NCBI GenBank assembly: GCA_963815195.1
Contig: CAWFGE010000013.1
Coordinates: 992,001-1,056,000, forward strand
Direction: 5' to 3'
Length of the DNA stretch: 64,000 nucleotides
Source: an uncultured Planctomycetaceae bacterium
Lineage (GTDB): Bacteria > Planctomycetota > Planctomycetia > Planctomycetales > Planctomycetaceae
How positions within the stretch are numbered: the first letter of the stretch is position 1; every line of letters starts with the position of its first letter. Made by a program: the position numbers and the translations under genes. This document shows, piece after piece, positions 10,050 to 19,666 of this stretch. Under the pieces are notes generated by a model. The model saw only the letters and a program-made list of their open reading frames with translations, did not search any database and was not told the DNA's origin.

Positions 10050-10926
10050 TCAACCGGCGGCGGCGCGGCCGAGCCAGCGGTAGCGGACGATCGCATCGAG
10101 CGAGATCCAAAGTTTCCGCCAGCGGGGCAGCCGGACTCTTTGGGAATACACATCGAAATGCCGGCGTTCGATCTCGTCCAACAACCCGCCATAGATGCGG
10201 AGCATCGCCGCGTAGATCGGTTTGCCCGCCGGTTGCAAATGGGCAAACAACCGCCCGGTGCTCGCATAGTATTCCCGCGCGGGCGACCTCGAATTGCATT
10301 AAGTCCTGGAACCGCTCGTCCCGGCAGTGGGCGGCGATGTCGCTGGAATCGTAATCGAACCGGCGGAGATCTTCGCGGGGCAAATAGACCCGGCCCATGA
10401 GGGCGTCTTCGCCCAGATCGCGGAGGATGTTCGTCAACTGAAACGCGCAGCCGCAATCCACCGCGAGCGGGATCGCCTCCTCGCCCTCAAAACCCCAGAC
10501 GTGAATGCAGCAAAGTCCCACGGCCCCGGCCACGTGGTAACAATAGTCCGCAAGCTCCGCGAAGGTCTCGAAGCCTTTGGGATCCAAATCCATTTCGACG
10601 CCGGCGATCACGGCCTGGAGATACTTCGCCGGGATCTGATGCCGGGCCACCAGATCGGCCAAAGCGGGGAACACGGGATGATCGGCCGATCCGCCGGCGA
10701 GGGCTGTTTCGAGGTCGTCCCGCCACTTCACCAACGCGGCCCGGCGTTCTTCCACCGAGCGATCCAGATCGTCGCCCAAATCATCCGAGACCCGCATGAA
10801 CGCATACAAAACGCACATGTCCCGCAACCGGTCCGCCGGCAGCGTGAGAAACGAAAAATAAAAATTCCCGGCCGTGCGCTTGGTGAGGGACTTGCACCAG
10901 GCAATCGACTCGTCCAGTTCGTTCAT
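10050..10926 (-). CDS. hpnD: Presqualene diphosphate synthase HpnD (phytoene/squalene synthase family); frameshift ~10277
   Basis: NFYFSF, YAFMRVSDDLGD, YCYHVAGAVG, FQLTNILRDLGEDALMGRVYLP; C-term in ORF 10050-10250; follows hpnC. Confidence 0.85.
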
Positions 10927-10946
10927 GGCGGGTGGCTTAGATGGTC

Positions 10947-11891
10947 TTAATCCTGTTGAAGGACGCGTTTCGGCATGAGCCGGCGTTTGCCGCTCTGGAG
11001 GACGCAACCGAAGAACAGCTTCGTGGCGTCCCACTTCGTGACGACCGGCCGCGTTTCCCAGACACGATAACCGATTCGCTCGATTCGCTCCAGAATCTTG
11101 AGGCCCCCGCGGGCGAACAATTCGATATCGACTTGCAATCGGCCCGGCAAGTTGGGGATCAAAGGCAATCCCGCTTCCAAAAACTCGCGGGCCCGTTCGA
11201 CTTCAAACCGCATCAGCTCCAAAAACGCCGGGTTCGTGACGCGGTTCTGTAAATCCTCCCACGCATAGCCGAAACGCGCGCAGTCTTCCTTGGGCAGATA
11301 CACCCGGCCGATGTCCAGATCGCGGTTCACGTCCTGCCAAAAGTTCGCGAGTTGCAGTCCCGTGCAGATCGAATCCGACCAGGCGACGTTTTGCTCTTCG
11401 TACTGCCGGCAGAGATACAATACCAATCGGCCCACCGGGTCGGCGGAACGCCGGCAGTAATCCCGGAGATCGGCGAACGTCTCGTACCGGGTGACTCGCT
11501 GATCCTGCTCGAACGCGGAGAGCAAATCTTCAAAGGGCTTCGCGGGGATTTCAAATTCGCCGATCGTTTTCGAGAGGGCGACGAACACCGGATGCCGGCA
11601 TTCCCCCGCATAACACGCCGCGAGCTCCTCCCGCCACCACGCGAGCAATTCCAGCGAACGGGCCGGGTCGCCCACTTCGTCACCCAAGTCGTCCGACCAT
11701 CGGCAATAGGCGTAAACGTTGTAAAAGTGCTGGTGCAGATCCTTGGGCAACAGCCACGACACGAGCGGAAAGTTCTCGTAATGTGTCGTGGCGAGTTTCG
11801 CGCAGTATTCCTCGGCCGCCTGCAGCGAAGGCGATTCGTGCGCGGTGCCGGGACCAAAACGCGTCAGGTCTTCACGGAAGGAAGTGGCCAT
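10947..11891 (-). CDS. hpnC: Squalene synthase HpnC
   Basis: HYENFPLVSWLLP, YAYCRWSDDLGDE, YCRRSADPVGRLVL, ICTGLQLANFWQD. Confidence 0.92.
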   Translation of the reverse strand: MATSFREDLTRFGPGTAHESPSLQAAEEYCAKLATTHYENFPLVSWLLPKDLHQHFYNVYAYCRWSDDLGDEVGDPARSLELLAWWREELAACYAGECRHPVFVALSKTIGEFEIPAKPFEDLLSAFEQDQRVTRYETFADLRDYCRRSADPVGRLVLYLCRQYEEQNVAWSDSICTGLQLANFWQDVNRDLDIGRVYLPKEDCARFGYAWEDLQNRVTNPAFLELMRFEVERAREFLEAGLPLIPNLPGRLQVDIELFARGGLKILERIERIGYRVWETRPVVTKWDATKLFFGCVLQSGKRRLMPKRVLQQD

Positions 11892-11988
11892 CCGTCGGCT
11901 GGGGGCTTTCTCTTTGGTGGGCGTTTAGACATTTCGCTCCCCACACTTTAGCGAGATCCCCCCGAACCTGGTACCGCCGCGCACCGAT

Positions 11989-12013
11989 TAGCCGGAGGGC
12001 GCTAGCCCCGGTT
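11989..12013. repeat. Half copy of the GGCGCTAGCC REP-like family
   Basis: TAGCCGGAGGGCGCTAGCCCCGGTT resembles arms at 35317-35383 and 61401-61483. Confidence 0.5.
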
Positions 12014-12050
12014 TTCGTGGGCGAAGTGGAGTCAGCACGTTCCGTCCGAG

Positions 12051-13327
12051 TCACTTGGCTTCCGCGTGGAAGGGATCCGACATCGAATTGCGGAGCGCGA
12101 CGAGTTCCCGCTCGGCTTTGAGGCCGGCGATGTATTCTACATCCGCCGCAATCCGGCCGCGGCGGTCGCGGGTTTGATCCGCCAGCGTTTGCAGTTGTTC
12201 GAGATCGCCCGCATGCGAGGCCATCGTCTTGGGCGAAGCGAACTCTTTGAGATCCCGGGCTTGGTCGTACACCGACTGGCGATTCGCCCAGGTCCGAGCC
12301 AGGTCGAACAACCCGGCCGTGCCCTGGCTGTAAAACGTCTTTTGGGTTTGGAACAACGAGGTGAGCTCGGTTTGAGCCGATTCCAAAGCCGTCCGCCGGG
12401 CTTCGTTGTTTCCATTGATCAGGCCCAAGATCGCATCGGCCTGGGCCACTTCGTAGCGGACTTCATGCAGCTTGTCCTGGCGGCCGATCCCCGCATCGTC
12501 CCGGGACCAGCGGCCGACCTGCTCGGCCATCCCCGCCAGTTGGTTCCGGTAGCCTTCGAACGCCGTGCGGAACTCGGCCGCGGTGGGATTTCGTGGAAGG
12601 GCGTCCAAACTGGCCCGGCGTTCGAGCTGCTCCGCCTCGACGAGCGACTGGGGCGAGGCGATGCCCAGAGCGTTGTCGAATTGGCGATACTGCACGAGCC
12701 GATTCGCCCAGTCCGCCTGCTGATGGAGCGCGGCATTGACCGCTCCTTGATTTCCCGATTCGTAGGCGGCTTCCGCCTCCGCCCGCGCGAGATACACATG
12801 TGCCAAAGCCGCATCCCCCGCCCATCCCTCCGCGGCCGGCTGGCCGAATCGCTCCAACCGCTGGGCCACGTCTTGATACCGGGCCACTTCCTGGTTCACA
12901 AGGTCCTGCCGCGATCCGCCTTCCCCCAAGTCCACCAGCGACCGCCGCAAATTGTACGACAACGAAACCTGCCGCAAATAATCGTTCAAGGGCATCAACC
13001 CCCGGCGGAAGCTGTCCTCACTTTTGTCCGCCAGACTCTGAGCCAGTCCGCGGGTGTGGGCCAACTGCGCAGCGTTTCGGCCGTCGTGAGTTTGCGGGGC
13101 AATTTCAGCGGCGCGGCTTGCCCGCGCGGTTGGACCGCACGTTTGTCTTCATAAGGAATTCGCAGCGGCGATCCGGGAGCATTGTTCGCCGGCGCTTGAG
13201 CCCGTACCGGCAAAGTTCCCGCACTCGTCAGAATCGCGCAGACCGCGACAGTCAGCACAATGGGCCGCGACGAACCCCCGACTCGAATCCCGAAAAACCC
13301 TCGTGAAAGAAAAGCGAAATTGGGCAT
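12051..13327 (-). CDS. Exported alpha-helical hypothetical protein; frameshift ~13072
   Basis: ORF 12995-13354 (start MPNFAF, hydrophobic stretch then VRAQ) joins ORF 12051-13064 if one G is restored (CTG-GCG-CAG). Confidence 0.65.
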
Positions 13328-13516
13328 GGCATGATCCCTGAATCGGACGAACAAACTTCCCTATTCATATATCACGACAAACCCAATGTCTATCCGCAGA
13401 CTTCTTGCGAGGATCTCCCCTCGGCGCGGAAAACGGCGTTCCGATCGTAGCGATTGAAACGATGAACGCGAAGCTGCGGCTTGCGGGTGCTTTGCGGACG
13501 GCCGGGTTTCGAGCGA

Positions 13517-14041
13517 TCAACCCGCCGCTTGCAACTTGACGATTTGAGCGAACATCACGAGCCACGTCGCCAATCCCACGGGAATGGCAAACGCCACCAT
13601 GTGACGAGGCTTGGGCCGAGGGCCGCCCTGTTCTGGCGGAGTTGTTTCTGCGGAGGTGCCTGCGGGTTTCCGGAACAAACGAAGAATGAACGACCCTGCC
13701 GCAGCCAGCCACACGAACACGACGCTAAGAAACAGCACCTGCAGCGTGAGCGAGGCTCCGAGCCAGACACCCAAGGCCCCCATCAATTTCACATCGCCCG
13801 CCGCGCCGCCGCCGAGCATCCACAGCAGAAACAGCGTCCCGAACCCCAACGCAAACGCGAGGCCGGCGTCCGTTAATCCCGGCCATCCGTGAAACGCGGC
13901 TTGATAGATCAACCCGGCGAAGAACGCGGGGATGGTGAGCACGTTCGGGATCCGCCGCTCTCGAAAATCCCACGCCATGGAAACCAGCGTCAGCACCGCC
14001 GTCGCGGCCAGCCACACCCAAACCTCCAGGTTGCCCTGCAT
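13517..14041 (-). CDS. Prepilin peptidase, A24 family (CpaA/TadV-like)
   Basis: WDFRERRIPN, GGGAAGDVKLMGALGVWLG (two catalytic Asp), FAIPV C-term; multi-TM. Confidence 0.9.
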   Translation of the reverse strand: MQGNLEVWVWLAATAVLTLVSMAWDFRERRIPNVLTIPAFFAGLIYQAAFHGWPGLTDAGLAFALGFGTLFLLWMLGGGAAGDVKLMGALGVWLGASLTLQVLFLSVVFVWLAAAGSFILRLFRKPAGTSAETTPPEQGGPRPKPRHMVAFAIPVGLATWLVMFAQIVKLQAAG

Positions 14042-14068
14042 CCGTCTGTCTCCCACGCAATGAAGTGA

Positions 14069-14965
14069 TTAAGGCACGGCGTTTTGTTTTTCGGGATCGC
14101 TCCGCGCGGTCTCGTTCATCGCCTGGCTTGCCGGACCGGAGGCGGGCTTCCTGACCGGTTGGATGACCGCGACCGGGGCGGTCATCTGATCGAGAACCCA
14201 CTCCGTCAGCGGCGCGACCAAGACCAAACACACAACAGGCAGCGTCCCCAGCAGAACGGGATACTTGCCCCAGCGGGAAACGCGCTCGGCTTGTTGAAAT
14301 GCCCGGCGGGACAGTGCGAGATGAATGGCATCTGCAAAGCTTCGCAAATCGTCAACGGAGATGTCCGCACGCCCGGTCAGCTCCTCGAATTGGTTTTGTA
14401 ACGACGCGGAGATTCGCGAAAGCACCTGTCCGAGGCTCGGCAAGATTTCCTTTTCCCCGGCCAACCAGGTCGGCGGCCTTTGGCTTCCGCGTTCCGCCGC
14501 GAGCTGAAACGCCGCTGCCAGGTCGCCCGTCTCCGCGACGAACAACGCGGCGAGTTCAAAATCATTCCCAAGCTGCCGAATCTCGGCCAAATCCAAACTT
14601 TGATTTTGAGCCGCCCGCAGCCACAGCATGCAACACGCGAGCGTGATCAACACCGCCAATCCGCACCCGCCCCAGAACCACGGCGAAACCGGCGGTGAAA
14701 TAATTCCCCAAGCGAAACAAGTAAACCCCGCCAACAGAGGAAGCAGCACGCGCGCCAAGCGGATGAGCGCGGGATCCCGGTTCCAAGGCAGAGCCGGGCT
14801 TTCGAGCGGCGAAGACGTTTTGGCGGGCGGGTCGTTGGAAGCCGCTTGCGAGCCCAGGCGTCTTCGCCGGTGAACCGTCCACATTCGAGCCGCGGCCAGC
14901 ACGCCCGCGGAAACCGCGAGGAACTGAACCAGCCAGACGGAAAAATCGTGAAAGATGTCCTGCAA
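14069..14965 (-). CDS. Divergent TadC-like (T2SS-F family) membrane protein
   Basis: N-terminal TMs, helical core, C-term RRAFQQAERVSRWGKYPVLLGTLPVVCLVLVAP matching the TadC K..P..L..LP pattern; position in the cluster. Confidence 0.6.
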   Translation of the reverse strand: MQDIFHDFSVWLVQFLAVSAGVLAAARMWTVHRRRRLGSQAASNDPPAKTSSPLESPALPWNRDPALIRLARVLLPLLAGFTCFAWGIISPPVSPWFWGGCGLAVLITLACCMLWLRAAQNQSLDLAEIRQLGNDFELAALFVAETGDLAAAFQLAAERGSQRPPTWLAGEKEILPSLGQVLSRISASLQNQFEELTGRADISVDDLRSFADAIHLALSRRAFQQAERVSRWGKYPVLLGTLPVVCLVLVAPLTEWVLDQMTAPVAVIQPVRKPASGPASQAMNETARSDPEKQNAVP

Positions 14966-15015
14966 TGTGATCTGCCCCTCTCAAGTCGCCGCCGTGATCC
15001 ACGCCGATCGTCCGC

Positions 15016-15665
15016 TCAATCCAGCACAGTCTCGGCTTCGTCCTGCTTTTGAAGGATGGAAACGAGCAGCACGGCCGAGACGATGATCACCCCCAACAGG
15101 GTGATTCCCACCGCCGTCGATGCGGTGCGGGAAAGGGACGTGAGCATCCCCGGAGGACGCCACAGAACGAGCGCGGTCAAGAACACCGGCCCGGTGAGCA
15201 GTACCGCCCGAATCCACAGCCGGGCCGACCGGGACGCGGCCGCGGTTTTCGCCTGGCCCGTTTGCCGATTTTGCCGCAGGAATTCCAGGCGCTCCAAACT
15301 GATTTGAAGCAGCTCCGGCCGGCCGGTTTCGGCGCCAACGCCGCCGCCAGGTATTGCGACTCGAAGCAAGGCAGCCGCGCGGCCAGCTCTTCCAAGACCG
15401 AGTCGCGGCCGGCTCCGCGTTCGATGGACTTTTGCAGTTGCCGAAACTCGCTGCGTGCGGGATAGGGGCCCAGGTCCGCGAGAATGCCGACGGCATCCTC
15501 AAACGAATGCCCTTCCCGATGCGTGTTCGCCAGGATGGTGAGCATTCCCCGAAACTGGCGGACGGCTTTCTCACGGCGGACTTGGAGAATGAGCAAATAT
15601 CCCACCCCAGCCAAACAGATTCCGCCGATCACGGTGATGCCCAACAGCAACGGGTCGTTTGCCAT
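15016..15665 (-). CDS. Divergent TadB-like (T2SS-F family) membrane protein; frameshift ~15337
   Basis: QFRGMLTILANTHREGHSFEDAV...PARSEF....ERG; C-terminal TMs in ORF 15016-15369; GGAGG RBS. Confidence 0.65.
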
Positions 15666-15789
15666 TTTGAATCCTCCCCGAAACGTATTCGAAATGTTGG
15701 ACCCGCGCACGAAGTGTCAAAGCTGCTGCCGGATGTTTACGCCGGACAACAGGGATGTTTCCCTTTGGCATCGCCCCGAGCGGCCGGCC

Positions 15790-15978
15790 TCAGCAATTGA
15801 TGGCGTTGATGGCGTTCGCCAAATCCATCAGTTCGTTCACCAAGGCGCCGCGGACGCTTACCAACCCTACGATCACGCCGATACCCACAATTGTGAGCAG
15901 CAAGAGGTATTCCACGAAGACCGAACCCCGGCGTTTGGTTTGCGGTCTTCTCAAGTTCCCGAGTTTGCGACGAAACAT
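15790..15978 (-). CDS. Flp family type IVb pilin
   Basis: Basic leader, G|SVFVEY cleavage site with E+5/Y+6, hydrophobic helix, 62 aa. Confidence 0.88.
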   Translation of the reverse strand: MFRRKLGNLRRPQTKRRGSVFVEYLLLLTIVGIGVIVGLVSVRGALVNELMDLANAINAINC

Positions 15979-16006
15979 GGCAGTCCCAGAAAAAGGTGAT
16001 TGGACA

Positions 16007-17641
16007 TCAAGGCATTTTCAGAATCGTTGGGGACTCTTGTCTTGCAACCGATGTGCCGATCTGTGAGGTTCCCGGAAAATCCACCCACCGCGGGAGGGCG
16101 GGGCTTCGTATCGGCCGGCCGACATTTCGCTCGATCACGTTCCGAAAGCGCGGAATATGCCGATTGAGATAAATCGCCGCCTGAGCGTCCCGGTAAACCT
16201 CAACCCAATCCTCACGCGTTTTGAGATACTTATCGGGCGGACTTTCCGCCGGAAGGAGCGCCAACTCCGTCGGATGGCCATCCAGAACCGCCGTTCGTTT
16301 CGTTTTCGGTTGGACCCGCTGCCAATCGAGAAACTCTTGTTCCAAGTTTGCGGGATACACCGTGCGATACCGGCCGTCGAACGCGACGCGGATGTCCGGG
16401 AACAGATGCCAGATCACGCACTGCCCCCAACCGTAATCCGTCACCAGGTTGCCCGTCAGCTTCTCCTCGCGGATGAAGCAGATCGCGTTCATCGGCATGC
16501 CCGGGACCTGGCTTTGGGTTTCGACGGCGATCTCTCCGAAAGCCATCCCGACTTTTCGCAACTCGCGCACCGACCGCCAATGCAAGACCCCCAGAAACCC
16601 AATGATGAGCACAACGCCCGCAATGCGAATCGGCCGCCGGCCTGGTTTCGACCACGCTTCGGTGAGCCGGGAAAACAAGCGATCGCAGCTCTCCGACAGC
16701 GCCGCCGGGAGTAAGATGAGCACGCCAATGGCCAACAGCGCCACATGCCGCAAATGCGAAACCGCCTGCCACGAGACGATGCCGAGCACGATCCAATCCA
16801 CGAGCCGCGTCTTGCGAAAGCCCGGCAAACTCAGCCCCATCAATAAAAACGGCACATAATACACGGGCGATTGGCGGGTCGCCCACAGCGGCTGCCATTC
16901 TCGGACGAACTGCTCGGTTCCCAGGTGCTGCCAGAGCATCGCATGCATCCGCCCGCCAAACGGATTCAGCCCCGTCGCCAGAATCGAAAACAGAAAAACA
17001 ACCGACAATACCCAGAGCCGGCGTCTTCCCAAGGGTTCCCGAAGGCCGAGCACGCCCGCGAACACGAACGCGGCCTGAATGCCCAGCCCCGCGAGAAAGC
17101 CGCCGTGATAATTCACCCACACCGCCGTCAGAATCGGCAAAACCCCAATGCTGCGGTTTCGGGGATCGTCCCAGAATCGGCGGAGCAATAACAACATCAC
17201 CGCGAACAACCCGAACGTCGCCAACTGCGGCCGGACGAAGACCACGAAATCCGCCAAACACTCCGCGGTGAGCACCAGCATTAACAGCCCGGCTCCCAAT
17301 CGGCAGCCGCTCTTGATCAATCCCCACCCCGCCGCCGACCACAGCACGAAGAGCCACAGATTCCGCCAGGCGACGAGGCCCGCACTTCCTTCATGCATCC
17401 ACAACCAGCCCAACTGCCATTCCGTGAGCCATTCGTGGTTCACCCACTCCGCCCCGTTTGCGGTATAGGAAAACGGATCGCTCCGCTCGGCCAGGACGCC
17501 CTGCTCGATGGCCCGCATGCCGTACAGCGTATGCCCCCACAAATCCGGATCTGCGATCGTGACGCCCATTAAAAACAGCAAGCTCGCAAGCCAGACCGCG
17601 CCCAATAACAGCCAAAACTCCAGGCCGCGTCGGACCGGCAT
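16007..17641 (-). CDS. Polytopic membrane protein, GT-C-fold glycosyltransferase-like
   Basis: Acidic loop after TM1 (DPDLWGH...DPFSYT..W.NHEWL), RPQ, W.NYHGGF, ~11 TMs, soluble C-term with Y.WG and FDGRY. Confidence 0.6.
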   Translation of the reverse strand: MPVRRGLEFWLLLGAVWLASLLFLMGVTIADPDLWGHTLYGMRAIEQGVLAERSDPFSYTANGAEWVNHEWLTEWQLGWLWMHEGSAGLVAWRNLWLFVLWSAAGWGLIKSGCRLGAGLLMLVLTAECLADFVVFVRPQLATFGLFAVMLLLLRRFWDDPRNRSIGVLPILTAVWVNYHGGFLAGLGIQAAFVFAGVLGLREPLGRRRLWVLSVVFLFSILATGLNPFGGRMHAMLWQHLGTEQFVREWQPLWATRQSPVYYVPFLLMGLSLPGFRKTRLVDWIVLGIVSWQAVSHLRHVALLAIGVLILLPAALSESCDRLFSRLTEAWSKPGRRPIRIAGVVLIIGFLGVLHWRSVRELRKVGMAFGEIAVETQSQVPGMPMNAICFIREEKLTGNLVTDYGWGQCVIWHLFPDIRVAFDGRYRTVYPANLEQEFLDWQRVQPKTKRTAVLDGHPTELALLPAESPPDKYLKTREDWVEVYRDAQAAIYLNRHIPRFRNVIERNVGRPIRSPALPRWVDFPGTSQIGTSVARQESPTILKMP

Positions 17642-17941
17642 TTGAGCGTCAAGATTCTGAGGAACCCGTGCGGGCAATGGGTTAAGCATCGAAATTGATC
17701 ACGCAGGCGGGAGAGGAGAAATCGCCGAGTCTCTGCGAAAGTGTGGAATCAATTTCCGTGCCGGTGGGCCCCAAACGTCGAAAAACTTTCGAGAGGCAGT
17801 TCGCTTTTTGCGTAATGTTCCGGTCACTCACGCACGCCCGAGTTTGTCCGGGCGGCCGGGAGAGAGTCGCCGTTCGTCATGCGAACATAGCGGCCGGGCG
17901 GTGCCGCGGTCTTTTGGCTTAAAGGCCATCCACAAATGAAA

Positions 17942-18199
17942 TTAGCGGCGCTTTTCAGCCGCAATGGCTTTGCGGTCGTACTTTTGTGAGTAGTCAATCA
18001 AAACGATCTCGCATTGCGGGCAATTGTGCGCCTGAAAATATTCCCCCTTCCAAGGGAACAGATTCTTAAGTCCGGACCGGGCCAAGTCCGTGTCCTTGAA
18101 AATGAAGGACCGAAAGGCGTCGGCGTCGATCCACGATAGGGAACTATTCGCCGAGGAATATCCTTGGAGCATTTCACATTGGCACTTCGGGCACTCCAT
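17942..18199 (-). CDS. Small zinc-ribbon protein (DUF6487/PF20097-like)
   Basis: MECPKC..EM..G...AHNCPQCEIVLIDY; two CxxC motifs. Confidence 0.7.
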   Translation of the reverse strand: MECPKCQCEMLQGYSSANSSLSWIDADAFRSFIFKDTDLARSGLKNLFPWKGEYFQAHNCPQCEIVLIDYSQKYDRKAIAAEKRR

Positions 18200-18240
18200 G
18201 ATTTTTCTCGATCACAAAAGGTCTCGGCAGCAGATCGCCC

Positions 18241-19662
18241 TCACGCGAGGATTTCGCGGATCACGTGCCCGAAATCCTGGTCCAGGCGTTTGTGGCCGGG
18301 GATTTGCATCCGGTGGGATTCGAGGCCGAGCTGATGCAGAATCGTGGCGTGCACGTCGGTGACATAATGCGGATGCTCCACGGCGTGAAAGCCGATCTCA
18401 TCGGTCGCCCCGTGCGCGAGCCCGCCCTTGATGCCGCCGCCGGCCATCCACACGCTGAAGCCGTAGGGATGATGGTCCCGGCCGTCCGACCCTTGCGAAC
18501 CGGGCGTGCGGCCGAACTCGGTCGCGAACACGACCAGCGTCTCGTCCAACAGCCCCCGTCGTTTGAGGTCGGTGAGTAATCCCGCGATGGGCCGATCGAC
18601 CTGCTTCGCCAGCTCCGCGTGCCTCGCCTTCAGATTCGAATGCTGATCCCAGGCTCCCGCGGCCCCGGCTCCGTGCATGATCTGAATGAACCGCACCCCC
18701 TTCTCCACAAACCGCCGGGCCGCGAGCAATTGCTCCGCAAACGGGCGGGTTTCTTTTTGGTCGAAGCCGTAGAGCGATTGCGTGGCTTTCGTTTCCTCGT
18801 CGAAGCGGATCACGTCCGGCACCGAGGTCTGCATGCGATAGGCCAACTCATACGACTTGATGCGGGCCTCGAGGGCGGCATCGTTCGGATACCGTTTTTC
18901 ATTCAGCCGATTCAACCGCTTCACCAGGTCGAAACCCAGTTCTTGCTCGGCGGCCGACACCGGGCCTTCGGGCTTCGCATAATCCAGCGGGTTGTTGGGA
19001 TCGACTTTGAGCGTCACCGCATCGTAAGCCGGGCCGAGGTAATGCCCGTCCCGCACATCGAAATACCGCGGCCCCATGCTGATGAACTGCGGCAGATTCT
19101 CGTTGAGCGTTCCCAGGCCGTAATTGATCCAGGCCCCGATCGTCGGCACGCGGGGATCGAGCATGTGCCGGCCGGAATGAAACTGCACCTGGGCCCCGTG
19201 GTTGTCGTCGGTGGTCCACATCGAGCGGATCACCGCGATGTCATCGATCGACGAGCCGATGTGCGGAAACCAATCGCTGACTTCGATCCCGCTCTCGCCG
19301 TACTTCTTCGAGCCGACTTGCAGCGGATAGATCTTGTTCCGCTGCTGCCCGTTGGCGTCGTTGACCACGACCACGCGGACCTTTTTGAGCTTCTCCGGAT
19401 CCTGCACGTCCGCAAACGGCGTGTCGTTAATGGATTTGCCGGCGTATTTCGTCAAGGCGGGCTTGGGGTCGAAGCTTTCCATATGGCTCACGCCGCCCCG
19501 CATGAACAGCCAGATTACGCTCTTGGCTCGGGGCCTGAAATGCGGCTTGCCGTCCGGCGGCGTCCAAGTCTCCGCCGCGAACCCGTCGGATTCCAGAAGC
19601 GAAGCCAGCGCCAAACTGCCGAATCCCCATCCGGTCCGCGCTAAAAAATCCCGGCGTTCCAT
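18241..19662 (-). CDS. DUF1501 domain protein (Tat-like RRDFL leader)
   Basis: [45 protein letters not shown]. Confidence 0.92.
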   Translation of the reverse strand: MERRDFLARTGWGFGSLALASLLESDGFAAETWTPPDGKPHFRPRAKSVIWLFMRGGVSHMESFDPKPALTKYAGKSINDTPFADVQDPEKLKKVRVVVVNDANGQQRNKIYPLQVGSKKYGESGIEVSDWFPHIGSSIDDIAVIRSMWTTDDNHGAQVQFHSGRHMLDPRVPTIGAWINYGLGTLNENLPQFISMGPRYFDVRDGHYLGPAYDAVTLKVDPNNPLDYAKPEGPVSAAEQELGFDLVKRLNRLNEKRYPNDAALEARIKSYELAYRMQTSVPDVIRFDEETKATQSLYGFDQKETRPFAEQLLAARRFVEKGVRFIQIMHGAGAAGAWDQHSNLKARHAELAKQVDRPIAGLLTDLKRRGLLDETLVVFATEFGRTPGSQGSDGRDHHPYGFSVWMAGGGIKGGLAHGATDEIGFHAVEHPHYVTDVHATILHQLGLESHRMQIPGHKRLDQDFGHVIREILA

Positions 19663-19666
19663 GTCG

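Noticed and set aside
15670..15789. c-di-GMP-I riboswitch between flp and tadB
   Set aside because: A hairpin and a CCGGCGTAAAC segment resemble P3, but the GGCAAA/GNRA/GACGCAAA core is missing
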